DNA from: Macrostomum lignano
Lineage: Eukaryota
Direction of reading: 5' to 3'
Assembly: GCA_002269645.1 (NCBI GenBank)
Contig: NIVC01000838.1
Location: forward strand, 62,001-126,000
Length of the DNA stretch: 64,000 nt
The notes beneath the pieces are model-generated. The model had not been told where the DNA came from. It saw only the letters and a program-made list of their open reading frames with translations, and searched no databases. How positions within the stretch are numbered: position 1 is the stretch's first letter; the number at the start of each line of letters is the position of its first letter. Of the stretch, positions 11,901-24,711 are shown piece after piece. The translations under genes were made by a program, and so were the position numbers.

Positions 11901-14113
11901 TGTCTGAGGGTGTCAGTATCTGAATGTGTCAGTATCTGGGAGTGCCAGTATCTGAGGGTGTCAGTATCTGAGGGTGTCAGTAACTGGGAGTGTCAGTGTC
12001 TGAGGATGTCGGTATCTGAGGATGTCGGTATCTGAGGATGTCAGTATCTGAGGGTGTAAGTATCTGGGAGTGCCAGTATCTGAGGATGTCAGTATCTGAG
12101 GGTGTCAGTAACTGGGAGTGTCAGTGTCTGAGGATGTCGGTATCTGAGGATGTCGGTATCTGAGGATGTCAGTATCTGAGGGTGTAAGTATCTGGGAGTG
12201 CCAGTATCTGAGGATGTCAGTATCTGAGGGTGTCAGTATCTGAGGGTGTCAGTGTCTGAGGATGTCAGTATCTCAGGGTGTAAGTATCTGGGAGTGCCAG
12301 TATCTGAGGGTGTCAGTATCTGAGGATGTCAGTATCTGAGGGTGTCAGTATCTGAGGGTGTCAGTGTCTGAGGGTGTCAGTATCTGAATGTGTCAGTATC
12401 TGGGAGTGCCAGTATCTGAGGGTGTCAGTATCTGGGAGTGCCAGTATCTGAGGGTGTCAGTATCTGAGGGTGTCAGTATCTGAGGGTGTCAGTATCTGAG
12501 GGTGTCAGTATCTGAGGGTGTCAGTATCTGGGAGTGCCAGTATCTGAGGGTGTCAGTATCTGAGGGTTTCAGTATCTGAGGGTGTCAGTATCTGAGTGTC
12601 AGTATCTGAGGATGTCAGTATCTGAGGATGTCAGTATCTGAAGATGTCAGTATTTGAGGATGTCAGTATCTGAGGGTGTCAGTGTCTGAGGATGTCAGTA
12701 TCTGAGGATGTCAGTATCTGAGGATGTCAGTATCTGAAGATGTCAGTATCTGAGGATGTCAGTATCTGAGGGTGTCATTGTCTGGGGGTGTCAGTATCTC
12801 AGAGTGTCAGTGTCTGAGGACGTCAGTATCTGAGACTGTCAACATCTAATGTTGTCGAACCCGCGGCCCCGCAGGCGGAGGTGGAGACGCTGAGCCTGGA
12901 GAACTCTGGGCGGCTGGACACCATGCGAGATCGAATTGACTCGCTGCGCAGCGCCCGAGAGCAGGTCCGCTCGGAGGAGGCCGAGCGGCTGCAGTACGAG
13001 CACTTCAGGCAGAACAATCCCCGGCTGAGGGAGGTGGCCGCCGAGCTCGCCCGCGAGGAGGCGGTGGAAGGCTGGTCCGACCAGGTGGTGGAGCGCCAAG
13101 AGGCCACCGCCGCCGAGCGTCGCGAGTCGGACGCGTGGGCGGAGGCGGGCCGCCGGCAGGCTCTGGAAGCGGAGCTGCGCGCCCGAACCGAGGAGGCGGA
13201 CCGACTCGAGGCCGAGCTGAAGCGCCGGCGCGAGCTCGAGGCCCAGATGGCGGCAATCCGTCGCCGGGCGGCCGAACAGGAACGGCTGGCGGCCGAGGAG
13301 CGGCGGCTGGCGGAGGAGCTGGACCGCGTGGCCGCGCTGGACAGCCGGCGCCGGGCGGCCGAGGAGCAGCGGCGGAAATCCGAGCACGGCCGGGCGCTGC
13401 TCCGGCAGCACAAGTCCGCCCTGGCCAGGAAGTCGCAGCAGGTGCAGGCCGACCTGCGCGAAGATTTGAAGCTGCTGGCCGCGCTTGAGGAGCGCGAGGC
13501 CGACGAGCGGCAGGCTGCCACGGAGCGGCGCGACCGGCAGCGCCAGGAGGCGGTCGAGGCGCGCCAGCTGGTGGAGGAGCAGCTGCGCCGGGAGCGCGCC
13601 AGGGAGGCCGAGCTCGATGCGCTGTTCGCCGACGAGGCCGCGCGGGAATGGGACCGGCGCCAGGCCGAGTGGCAGCGCGAGGCGGAGGCGCGGGCGCGCC
13701 TCTTATCGGAGGTGCTGGCCGAGCGGGAGAGCCAAGTGGAGCGGCAGCTGCAGGCGGCCAGGCAGGCCCAGGCGGAGAATCTCCGCGAGCGCGAGGAGCT
13801 GCTCCGCGACGTCGAGGAGGCGGCTGCGGCCACGGCGCGGGCGGAGGCGGATGAGGCGGAGGCGGCAGCGGCCAGGCGGGCGGAGCTGGACGAGCAGCGG
13901 CGGGAGCGCGCGGCCGTGGAGGCGGCGGAGCGGCTGCGCCGGCAGGCCGAGCTGAGCGAGGAGCGGCAAGCCGAGGAGGCCTACGAGCGCCTGCTGGCTG
14001 ATGAGGCCGAGAGGCTGCGCGGCGAACGGGCAACGGCGCGACAGCAGGCGGCTTTGAGCGCCAGGCAGCCGCCGACTGCGCGCCAGATTGTGCGCGGAGA
14101 GCGGCGCTTCTGA
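3157..14113 (+). CDS. TCHP: Trichoplein (keratin filament-binding, centriolar/ciliary coiled-coil protein), 3 exons, about 512 aa
   Basis: Exons 3157-3347, 11191-11299 and 12875-14113 have GT-AG boundaries with matching phases (2, 0) and sum to 1539 nt. MALPHL..., KQAQWTS, SMNAF, YEHFRQNNPRLRE and ERAREAEL match TCHP MALPTL, KQAEWSS, SMHAY, YEHWKKNNPKLRE and ERAREAEL. Confidence 0.92.
3415..3745. repeat. About 45 bp tandem repeat containing a hairpin (CCAACATCCA-tatgaag-TGGATGTTGG), TCHP intron 1
   Basis: The core gaatggattgctaatctagcc recurs with two alternating spacer types. Confidence 0.8.
4321..4809. repeat. 73-bp tandem repeat, about 6.7 copies, TCHP intron 1
   Basis: Unit gtggcagcgatagtctatggccagccctgctgaccaagccgacaggaacggatttgcatagcagagtgtgaaa; unit starts at 4321 and 4394. 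Confidence 0.95.
5556..5922. repeat. (TCTG)n microsatellite
   Basis: Direct reading. Confidence 0.97.
6690..7800. repeat. About 21-bp degenerate minisatellite built on cattgtGAGATCTCatctc
   Basis: Direct reading. Confidence 0.92.
8371..8434 (+). pseudogene. 28S rRNA-derived fragment (helix 69-71 region) with the central 20 nt replaced
   Basis: 8371-8391 GGGTAAACGGCGGGAGTAACT and 8411-8434 AAATGCCTCGTCATCTAATTAGTG are exact matches to the conserved eukaryotic LSU sequence as recalled. The native spacer ATGACTCTCTTAAGGTAGCC is replaced by TAACTGTCCTTCGATATTT. Confidence 0.85.
9050..9392. repeat. Polypyrimidine/polypurine repeat (ccccttcctcttccg-type)
   Basis: Direct reading. It produces the spurious Pro- and Arg/Gly-rich ORFs in the track. 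Confidence 0.93.
9765..11155. repeat. 23-bp minisatellite (cagccagtagacagggcagatat), ending about 35 nt before the TCHP exon 2 acceptor
   Basis: Direct reading. Confidence 0.96.
11596..12840. repeat. 16-bp minisatellite (tgagggtgtcagtatc) filling most of TCHP intron 2
   Basis: Direct reading. An internal higher-order duplication has a period of about 464 bp (11777 versus 12241). Confidence 0.96.
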
Positions 14114-14299
14114 GAATTTGGCACGTTTGCCTTAGCGATGGCCTGTTTGTTGTGCTTGATTTTCGGGTCGGAGGAGCTGAACTGTATTTTGTGTGAATAG
14201 TGCAAGTTCTGTGAATCTGGCCTATGTTTCTCCTGCTGAAAACATTTATCGATCGATAAATGAAGTTAAAACTCAATTGCTGATTGGTAATTTTAATTC

Positions 14300-14720
14300 A
14301 GATTAGTCAATCGATAATTTTAATTAAGACTACGAAATCGATAATTACGATTAATATTAGGAAATCGATAATTGTGATTAATGTTAAGAAATCGATAATT
14401 GTGAATAATGTTAAGAAATCGATACTTGTGATTAATGTTAAGAAATCGATAATTATGATTAATGTTAAGAAATCGATAATTGTGATTAATGTTAAGAAAT
14501 CGATAATTATAATTAATGTTAAGAAATCGATAATTGTGATTAGGATTAACAAATTGATAATTTCTATTACGATTAATATATCTATAATTGTAGTTAAGAT
14601 TAGTAATCGATATGAATCAATTAATAATTTTATTTATAATTAAAATAATCTATCAATAATTGTGAATTAGATTAATAAATCGACAGTTTTATTTAAAATT
14701 AATCAATCGATAATTGCAAT
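14300..14720. repeat. 27-bp AT-rich minisatellite (aatcgataattgtgattaatgttaaga) downstream of TCHP
   Basis: Direct reading. Confidence 0.9.
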
Positions 14721-15554
14721 TAATATTGATCAAAAATAATTGTAATGCTCGTAAAAATATGAAGCAATTGGTTATTGTCGCTGAAACTTCACCGATCGGT
14801 GAAAATTTTGCAGCTAGAGTATATTTGGATATGGCAGTAATCTTGTGTCAGTTTTTTTCTCTAAAATCCAGCACTCGAGATTCTTTGGTTTTGAATTGAA
14901 TTTTGTCACTAATTCTATTTGTGCTTTTTGTTATTATAACGTTTGACACGTTTCGACATTCCTATCTGTGCGGCATGTGCGCGACGTGCAACCAACCGCC
15001 CGTCCAATTGTTTTCCTCTTGTTTCTGCCTGAACTATGTTACTCTCAGTAGCAAGTAAGCAAAATTAACGTAATTTTGTAGGGAAACTTATAATTTAATA
15101 GCCGTCCAGATAAAAAACAATTGTCCCTGCTCGAACTTTTTGCACGCTTAATTATTTTTTTTCAAGTGATTATTATTTTTACAAACTCGCCGTATGCAAG
15201 CTGTGTGTCCTTTATTACTGCCTTTAAATACATTGGCTAAATTATTATTATTATTTATACAATTTCATTCACAGCTCATACTCCCACATGCATAAGTTTG
15301 TATGCTTGTTACAATTGTTCTTATTTATGCTACTGATTAAGCAGTAGTATGTGTACTACAGCCCTCGAGAATTGAAGTAAATAAGTCGAATAATAAGTTT
15401 AAAATCTGTTCATTAAACTTTTTGTTTATTGTTAACAGCGGTTAAAGTACGTGCGGTGGGGCTATAATATGTAATAGTACAGAATGTGCTTTTAATTTAA
15501 ACACTAAATTTAGACTGAATGATGAGCTTTCAGAGTTTGGTATTGTTAAATCAG

Positions 15555-18500
15555 TTAAACAAGTTTTTGACAGCTGGTAACTGGAGAGTCGCAGCTTCCT
15601 TGAGCGAATTCCACCAACTCCTTCAGCTCCGGTTGAGGCTGTTGATGCAGAACGCTGGCGTCTGGGGTGGCAGCGGCACTGTGGGGGGTTTGATTGGAGT
15701 TTCTTAGCTGCTTTTTGTTGGCTTATCTACTTCTCAGGCCTGAATCTCTCGCTTATCTACTTCTCAGGTCTGAATCTTTGGATTGTCTACTTCTCAGGTC
15801 TGAATCTTTGGATTGTCTACTTCTCAGGTCTGAATCTTTGGATTGTCTACTTCTCAGGTCTGAATCTTTGGATTGTCTACTTCTCAGGTCTGAATCTTTG
15901 GATTGTCTACTTCTCAGGTCTGAATCTTTGGATTGTCTACTTCTCAGGTCTGAATCTTTGGATTGTCTACTTCTCAGGTCTGAATCTTTGGATTGTCTAC
16001 TTCTCAGGTCTGAATCCCTCGTTTATCTACCTCTCAGGCCTGAATCTCTGGCTTATCTACATTCTACTTCTCAGGTCTGAATCTCTCGCTTATCTACTTC
16101 TCAAGTCTGTGCATCTTTGGCTTATCTACTTCTCAGGTCCGTGCATCTTTGGCTTATCTACTTATCTACTTTTAAGGTCTGAATCTCTGGCTTATCTACT
16201 TTTCAGGCCTGAATCTCTGACGCATTTACTTCTCAGGTCTGTGCATCTTTGGCTTATTTACCTCTCAGGTCTGAATCTCTCGCTTATCTACTTCTCAAGT
16301 CTGTGCATCTTTGGCTTATCTACTTCTCAGGTCCGTGCATCTTTGGCTTATCTACTTATCTACTTTTAAGGTCTGAATCTCTGGCTTATCTACTTTTCAG
16401 GCCTGAATCTCTGACGCATTTACTTCTCAGGTCTGTGCATCTTTGGCTTATTTACCTCTCAGGTCTGGATCTCTGGCTTATCTACTTATCTACTTCTCAG
16501 GTCTAAAGTTCGGTCCATCTTAAGCATCTATCTCAGTCTACTCAAGCATCCATCTCAGTCTACTTCTCAAGCATCCATCCTATATCAATCTGCCTCTCAA
16601 GCATCCATCTCAGTCTACTTCTCAAGCATCCATCCTATCTCAATCTACCTCTCAAGCATCTATCCTATATCAATCTGCCTCTCAAGCATCCATCTCAGTC
16701 TACTTCTCAAGCATCCATCCTATCTCAATCTACCTCTCAAGCATCCATCCTATCTCAATCTACCTCTCAAGCATCTATCCTATATCAATCTGCCTCTCAA
16801 GCATCTATCCTATATCAATCTGCCTCTCAAGCATCCATCTCAGTCTACTTCTCAAGCATCCATCTCAGTCTACTTCTCAATAATCCATCTGAGTCTACTT
16901 AATCACCCAATCTCAATCTACTTCTTAAGCATCCATCCTATCTCAATCTACTTCTAAAGTACAATTCGTCCTCCCAGCCCAGCGTACTCACAGTCCAGTA
17001 CTCCCGGATACTGAGCAGAGTAGTGCTGGTGAGTCAGCCAGGCCGCTTCCAGCTGCTTTTGTTGGCTGCTGGACTCGTAAAAAGCGACTCCAAACTGCTC
17101 CGGGTGGAATTGCTGCTCCTGCTGCGGATGCGGCAGGGGCTGCTGGGCTGCATAGCAACTGTGGAAGCTTTCGAGCGGCCGAACTGAGACCGGAACTCTG
17201 CTGCCGTCGGAAATTGCGCCCTGTTGCTTCTTGCCGCTGCGGCCTGGAAATGCGGCAGCAGGACAGAGTTTTATTTTTTTCGATACATATCGGCTTTAAA
17301 TTATTTTTATTTTCACTCGTAGTTTTTTATAGAAAATATTTCAATGGGCTTCTGCCACCCTCCAGTCCTTCAGTGGACCGCTGCTACTACTGAGTCTGAC
17401 TCTCGCTCAAACCGTGACTAACCTTCACAGTGCTTCGGATACAGAACCCCCAGCACTCACCATTGCAGGTGACGTCTTTCGGCTGCTGAGCCGTCGGCGG
17501 CATTTCGATTGAGTGCTGCTGCTGCTGCTGCTGCTGCCTTCCAGACCGCTTGGACATCTCCAGCCACTGCGAGTTCGGGACGCAGGTGAAAGAATTAATT
17601 GAGAATAACAAGCGATAATTATAGCTCGTACATTAAATTCGCTTCCACGCTACTTACAGTAGCCGAAACAACCGAAAATTTTTCATTCTCACCTGAAAAT
17701 AGTCGCCCACATCGCTGCAAGCGTCGGACCTCTGCCCGCCAGTGGCGACCTTGTCGGAGCCTGCGATTTTGAATTGGGGAATCCAAACTAACTAACTAAT
17801 GTACGAGTGTATGAGCACTCAAGGTGTACAGCAGCCCTTGACTTTCTCAGGGTCTTTGGGCTGGAATCTCTCGTTAGTCATAATCAAGAGCTACTCAGGC
17901 CCTCCCCCCAGGTGAGGTCAGACGACGTGCTTCTAGCTTAGAGGAAGCCCTCCGCCTGCTCAGAGTTCGGACGGACTCACCCCTAACTGCGGCGGGCTCA
18001 TCCTCAGCGACGACAATGTCCACCGGAGACTCTTCGCCGCCGGACGCAGCAGCGGAGGCCGCCGCCACGGCGATCGACGCCCGACTGCGCACGATGCGGT
18101 TGATGGACGACACGGAGGGGCCGAGCCGCGGTCGCAGACGCCCTCGGCCAGCAGGAGGTCGCGGATTTCCCAGGCGAACATGGTCGGATTGTCCGCCTTG
18201 TAGCGGCAGATGGCCGCCACCACGGCCGGGGTGGCCACCTTCGGCTTGGAGCCGCCGATCACCCCTGGGCGGACGCTGCCGGTTTCGTAGAATCTGCGAG
18301 TGGTTTCATAGAAATTGGTTCGGTGAACCTGCTGATCTATCTACTCATCTATCTACTCATCTATCTACTCATCTATCTACTCATCTATCTTCTCATCTAT
18401 CTACTCATCTATCTACTCATCTATCTACTCATCTATCTACTCATCTATCTACTCATCTATCTACTCATCTATCTACTCATCTATCTACTCATCTATCTAC

Positions 18501-21236
18501 TCATCTATCTACTCATATCTATCTACTCATATCTATCTACTCATCTATCTACTCATCTATCTACTCATATCTATCTACTCATCTATCTACTCATCGATTT
18601 ACCGATCTATTATTGAGATATCTACTGATCTATCTACCGATTTATTTACCGATCTATCTGCCGATCTGTCGATCTATCTACTGATCTATCTACTTATCTA
18701 TCTACTGATCTATCTACTGATCCATACTGATCTATCTACTGATTCTTCTGCTCACTTATCTGTACAAATTTGTCCGTACAGTTCTATTTTCAGTACTACC
18801 TAACTTTTCAAAATTAATCTACAGCTCAGCCTGCACCTCAACTGCAGTTTCATCTAAACTTTTAACAACCGCTTTTCCTGCTGCTTTTTGTACAATTTCC
18901 CCTGTAATGATCTCAAAAAACAATCAAGCCGACGCATTTCCCCTACTACAAGTAGCCACAGCGTGCATTATCGCGCCAATTTCCGCGCAGCCAATAAAGC
19001 TTCTCACCGGCCGAGAATTTTCGACACGCATCCGTGGCTGACCCGCAGGCGCCGGCTGATGTCGCAGGGCCGGACCCCCCGCTGCGCCAGCTGCACAATC
19101 TGGCTGCGGACGCCGTCGGGCAGAGGGCGGCCGTTCACGAAGGCACCGCCGAGCTGGTTGATGCCACCGTGGCCTGCAGGAGTGAAGGGAGCATGGGATA
19201 ATCTTCCCTGAATTGCCCGAATCAGATAGATAGGCAGTTAGAGTCGGAAATAGTCTGTAGAGATCGAGTGTGAATCCCTAGATACTGAGCGTGAATCTCT
19301 AGATTACTGAGTGTTGGATCTCTAGATTGCTGAGTGTTGGATCTCTAGATTACTGAGTGCGAATCTCTAGATTACTGAGTGCGAATCTCTGAACTCTGGA
19401 AATTTAGAGATCTGAATCCCTAGATACATTCAGTTTAATCTAAAGCTCTAGAAACAGGATCTATTCCTATAGGTATTGGATCTTAACCCATAGACAGAAT
19501 CTAGACCCCTAGATATTGGATCTAAGCCCATAGAGACAGGATCTAGACCCCTAGATATTGGATCTAAGCCCATAGAGACAGGATCTAGACCCCTAGATAT
19601 TGGATCTAAGCCCATAGAGACAGGATCTAGACCACTAGATATTGGATCTAAGCCCATAGAGACAGGATCTAGACCCCTAGATATTGGATCTAAGCCCATA
19701 GAGACAGGATCTAGACCACTAGATATTGGATCTAAGCCCATAGAGACAGGATCTAGACCCCTAGATATTGGATCTAAGCCCATAGAGACAGGATCTAGAT
19801 CCCTAGATATTGGATCTAAGCCCATAGAGACAGGATCTAGACCCCTAGATATCGGATCTAAGCCCATAGAGACAGGATCTAGACCCCTAGATATTGGATC
19901 TAAGCCCATAGAGACAGGATCTAGACCCCTAGATATTGGATCTAAGCCCATAGAGACAGGATCTAGATCCCTAGATATTGGATCTAAGCCCATAGAGACA
20001 GGATCTAGATCCCTAGATATTGGATCTAAGCCCATAGAGACAGGATCTAGACCCCTAGATATTGGATCTAAGCCCATAGAGACAGGATCTAGATCCTTAA
20101 ATAGCCATGGTCGTATAAGTGATCCACTTCACTGAATAACAAAAAGTACCTATGATGTAATGCTTTATGTTTAACTAAACTGTACATGCAGATTTCAAGG
20201 CAGCGATATTATATATACACTTTTCAATAGGCACCTGTGTTCCTCAGATACAGGCCTAGCAGATGAAGGCGCAACAGAGAAGCCTGTTGCTGTTGTTGCT
20301 GCTGCTCAGATGTGGCCATGTTTGAAAATGCTCAAGACTCCCTTTTGAATATTTTTTCAGTTCTGCACGGCTCCCGGACTCTCTCACACGGAGGACTCTC
20401 TCAGACTGTTCGAATCTCCCTTTTATGCCAAAACCGAAATCCCCAATTGAGTGCCACAGCTGGCGCCTCGCAGCGTGGGATCCTCGGGACTCCAGAATCC
20501 CCCCTTCATCATCATCATTACGCTCAGCGGACTCAGAAGTGGCCCCTATACCGCCACTGCAGACTCCATGCAACTCTCTCCATTCGCGCAGAATAATGCA
20601 ATTGTTGCAAAAGAAGAATTAAAAGCAATCTGAATTAAGGCTTAGAGAGAGAATTAGGGAAACTTTCTCTTTTTCCCGTTTCCTCGAATTCGGCTGCTGG
20701 AATTAGATTTCTATAACAATGTCTCTCGCGGTTTGCTTGCTAATGACGAGATGACCAGATAGATTGCACAGATGATGATGATATATTGGAGTTTTTGTTG
20801 AGGGCTCTTGCGGACTCGCTGGGCGAGTGTTCTTGGAAATGACTTGGCTTCAATCCTGTACTCATGTGCATTATCTGTGCTCACCCGATCCCGCTCTGTC
20901 CGACTCAATTTTGCCGCTGCAGGAAATGTCACTGAGCTCGTCATCTGCTTGGTGCAGCAATTGCAACTGATGCTGATGTAGCTGCAGCTGATGCTGAGCT
21001 GTCAGCGCCTCATCAGATCCGGGCGTGTTGCAGCAGCTCAAGCAGGCCAGCTCACTGGAGCCCGCCCACTGGCCGTAGGGACTCCAGCCGCCGCCGTTCC
21101 AGCCGCAGGCTGATTTGTCTGGCGTGGAGGCTGCGACCGGCTGCTGCAGCTCATGCCAGGTGCTCGCCTGGTGATGGTGATGATGGTGCTGATAGTGATG
21201 AGGCTGGTGATACTGGAACTGCTCCAGCAAAGCCAT
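15555..21236 (-). CDS. Pax2/5/8: Paired-box transcription factor of Pax2/5/8 type, 7 predicted exons, with a 1-nt frameshift in the paired domain as assembled
   Basis: Exons in minus order: 21236-20885, 19173-19008, 18293-17981, 17760-17693, 17566-17461, 17243-16992, 15721-15555; all GT-AG and phase-compatible. Paired domain reads [20 protein letters not shown]...[12 protein letters not shown]|[22 protein letters not shown]...[11 protein letters not shown]...[11 protein letters not shown]. One extra C at 18117-18120 restores the frame (total 1425 nt). The first and last exons are less certain than the paired-domain exons. Confidence 0.88.
15722..16960. repeat. Two adjacent minisatellites of about 30 bp (ctacttctcaggtctgaatctttggattgt; aagcatccatcctatctcaatctacctctc) filling the last Pax intron
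   Basis: Direct reading. A block of about 195 bp is duplicated at 16079 and 16274. Confidence 0.93.
18330..18745. repeat. 12-bp repeat (tctactcatcta) inside the paired-box intron
   Basis: Direct reading. Confidence 0.93.
19255..20097. repeat. 22-bp then 42-bp minisatellite (ggatctaagcccatagagacaggatctagacccctagatatt), Pax intron 1
   Basis: Direct reading. Source of the spurious [17 protein letters not shown]. Confidence 0.95.
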
Positions 21237-21663
21237 CGCGATTCTGTATTTTAGGCTCAGTTTGGGTTTTCAAAATCAAGAAATACTGTTTGTTGAAGGA
21301 GGAACTGCCAATCCAACAATTATTATAGGAGGCTGATGCCCCCCCCGCATCCTCAGCCTCCCTGCTGATTGTTCCAATTGGACCCCGGCAGATTCCCAAC
21401 TCAAATGATGGGCCGCCTGAATTTTTGGCGCAATTGTTTCGGCTTAGGACATGGGGACCGGCGGGAGCAACCGGCGGGGAGAAGCGGGTAGTGAGGTAGG
21501 CGGCCTCTCTGGGGCGATTCTTATTGGCTGGAAAATTTGCCATGGACACCTGAGGCTAGAAATCTGGACAGGAAAACTTGAACATCTGGATTGGAGGTAT
21601 AGTTCTTTCACAACCATTTTTAATATCAAAAACTAGTTTGAAAATGAAATTTTTGAACTGATC

Positions 21664-22523
21664 AGGCTCATGTGGGGAATTGCTGAGCTGCCAATGCTCA
21701 TGTGGGGAATTGCTGAGCTGCCAATGCTCATGTGGGGAATTGCTGAGCTACCAATGCTCATGTGGGGAATTGCTGAGCTACCAATGCTCATGTGGGGAAT
21801 TGCTGAGCTGCCAATGCTCATGTGGGGAATTGCTGAGCTGCCAATGCTCATGTGGGGAATTGCTGAGCTGCCAATGCTCATGTGGGGAATTGCTGAGCTG
21901 CCAATGCTCATGTGGGGAATTGCTGAGCTGCCAATGCTCATGTGGGGAATTGCTGAGCTGCCAATGCTCATGTGGGGAATTGCTGAGCTGCCAATGCTCA
22001 TGTGGGGAATTGCTGAGCTGCCAATGCTCATGTGGGGAATTGCTGAGCTGCCAATGCTCATGTGGGGAATTGCTGAGCTGCCAATGCTCATGTGGGGAAT
22101 TGCTGAGCTGCCAATGCTCATGTTGGGAATTGCTGAGCTGCCAATGCTCATGTGGGGAATTGCTGAGCTACCAATGCTCATGTGGGGAATTGCTGAGCTG
22201 CCAATGCTCATGTGGGGAATTGCTGAGCTGCCAATGCTCATGTGGGGAATTGCTGAGCTGCCAAAGCTCATGTGGGGAATTGCTGAGCTACCAATGCTCA
22301 TGTGGGGAATTGCTGAGCTGCCAAAGCTCATGTGGGGAATTGCTGAGCTACCAATGCTCATGTGGGGAATTGCTGAGCTGCCAAAGCTCATGTGGGGAAT
22401 TGCTGAGCTACCAATGCTCATGTGGGGAATTGCTGAGCTGCCAAAGCTCATGTGGGGAATTGCTGAGCTACCAATGCTCATGTGGGGAATTGCTGAGCTG
22501 CCAATGCTCATGTGGGGAATTGC
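21664..22523. repeat. Near-perfect 30-bp minisatellite (gctcatgtggggaattgctgagctgccaat), about 28 copies, upstream of Pax
   Basis: Direct reading. Confidence 0.97.
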
Positions 22524-23162
22524 CGGGATGCTGCAGGCACCTAGGTAAGACATTGTTAATTTTTTAGTTCTAAAAATTTTCATAACTTGAAAAACTTCCT
22601 GTCTCGCCTCAATCTAAATTTGCAGTTTCATAATTCCTTTATTTCTCTTGATGTTTGAAGAATCTGTCTGATTGCGACCTTCTTTATTCATCTTTTGTCT
22701 TCCCAGCGGTTTGGCTTTGTCCAACAGTCAGGGACAACCGCTCGACTTGACCTTCTTTACTCAATTGACTGCTTCGCATGTCTCTTCTTAAGGTTTTTTG
22801 AAAATAAAAATCTGAAGTTTAAAGTCCACGCATGCTTCTCAAGGGAGTCCAGTGCACTCTGAGCTCTGTGCTCTGCGCGCCTTCAAGGGCAAAAAAAGAC
22901 TCGAGTGCTTTTGCTTCTTTCTCACCTCAAAGACAATTGTCAGAATTCCTTCTGAGATGAGCTCTGTGAAAAATTAAGTGACAAGAAAAGCAATCAAAAA
23001 ATAATTTCAAGTGTCTTGTAAAAAGTTGCACGCAGTCGTGACTGCCGATATTTTGTGTAGTTTGACTTCTTTAGGGTGAAAATGTTATTTATTCCATCAC
23101 AATGGGAGGTTAGCGACTTAGCGAATTCTGTGCTTGAGAATATAATTGAGAGTATGCTTGAG

Positions 23163-23672
23163 AGCATACAGAATACAGAATGCAGAATACAGAATACAGA
23201 ATACAGAATACAGAATACAGAATGCAGAATACAGAATACAGAATATAGAATACAGAATACAGAATATAGAATACAGACACACACATTATTTGATTGAATA
23301 TGACACGGAGATGAGAGAGGGTGGCCGAGAGGGTGGCCGAGAGGGTGGCCGAGAGGGTGGCCGAGAGGGTGGCCGAGAGGGTGGCCAAAAGGGTGGCCGA
23401 GAGGGTGGCCGAGAGGGTGGCCGAGAGGGTGGCCGAGAGGGTGGCCGAGAGGGTGGCCGAGAGGGTGGCCAAAAGGGTGGCCGAGAGGGTGGCCGAGAGG
23501 GTGGCCGAGAGGGTGGCCGAGAGGGTGGCCGAGAGGGTGGCCGAGAGGGTGGCCGAGAGGGTGGCCGAGAGGGTGGCCGAGAGGGTGGCCGAGAGGGTGG
23601 CCGAGAGGGTGGCCGAGAGGGTGGCCGAGAGGGTGGCCGAGAGGGTGGCCGAGAGGGTGGCCGAGAGGGTGG
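23163..23672. repeat. (CAGAATA)n followed by a 12-bp (GAGAGGGTGGCC)n array
   Basis: 7-mer array at 23163-23278; 12-mer array at 23313-23672. Confidence 0.96.
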
Positions 23673-24317
23673 AAGATATTTATCACCCAGGTATAGGAGA
23701 ACAAAAATTGATTTCCCCGAGGCAGAGAAACGCTAGAACAAAATAATTGTTGCAGAGGCCGGTACCAGCGCGCACAGCCATTGTCCCCCTCTGTCAGTCT
23801 CAGGGGATATCAGATGTCGTAAAGTGGAGTCCCATCAAAACAAGATCGGTGACTCGAATTCATGACTCCGATCCCGGCTTGCGTAGGGATGCCGCCACCG
23901 CCCATAGAGGGAGAAAGACGCCAAAAATTGGGAAGAAAAAACACAGTTAAACCGACAGGGAAAGTTAATTGAAAAACCAGCGGCCTTCGAGCTGGGGGCT
24001 CGTGCCGCCTCCCTCGAACTGTTTGAGTTGTCGGAATAAAAAACGAGAAGCTATTATAACTGCAGAGTCTCTGCTCCGTAGGGGGGCCGTGTGAAGGGAG
24101 GGCCGCGATCAATCATTGCCTCTGATCGCTGGGATCGAATCGATGGGTCTCTAAAAATCTGAAGGGAAAAACTAAGCGACAGATTTGAAATCTCCCCAGA
24201 GACCCCGGCTACTGTAGCTCGTATTCCCGAATATGGGAAATTGATTCTTGCTGCTCTGAGTTTTGGAGAACTGACTGACTTTGCTGCTTGCGATCTGGTG
24301 CTGTTGGAGGTTAAATC

Positions 24318-24711
<394 letters not shown>

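Noticed and set aside
18113-18125. Programmed -1 ribosomal frameshifting as the explanation for the frameshifts
   Set aside because: There is no X XXY YYZ slippery heptamer at either site, and homopolymer deletion errors are a far simpler explanation.
20256-20573. 105-aa minus-strand ORF inside Pax intron 1
   Set aside because: It ends in a stop with no phase-compatible donor, has no domain, and the 21236-20885 exon already splices correctly to the paired box.
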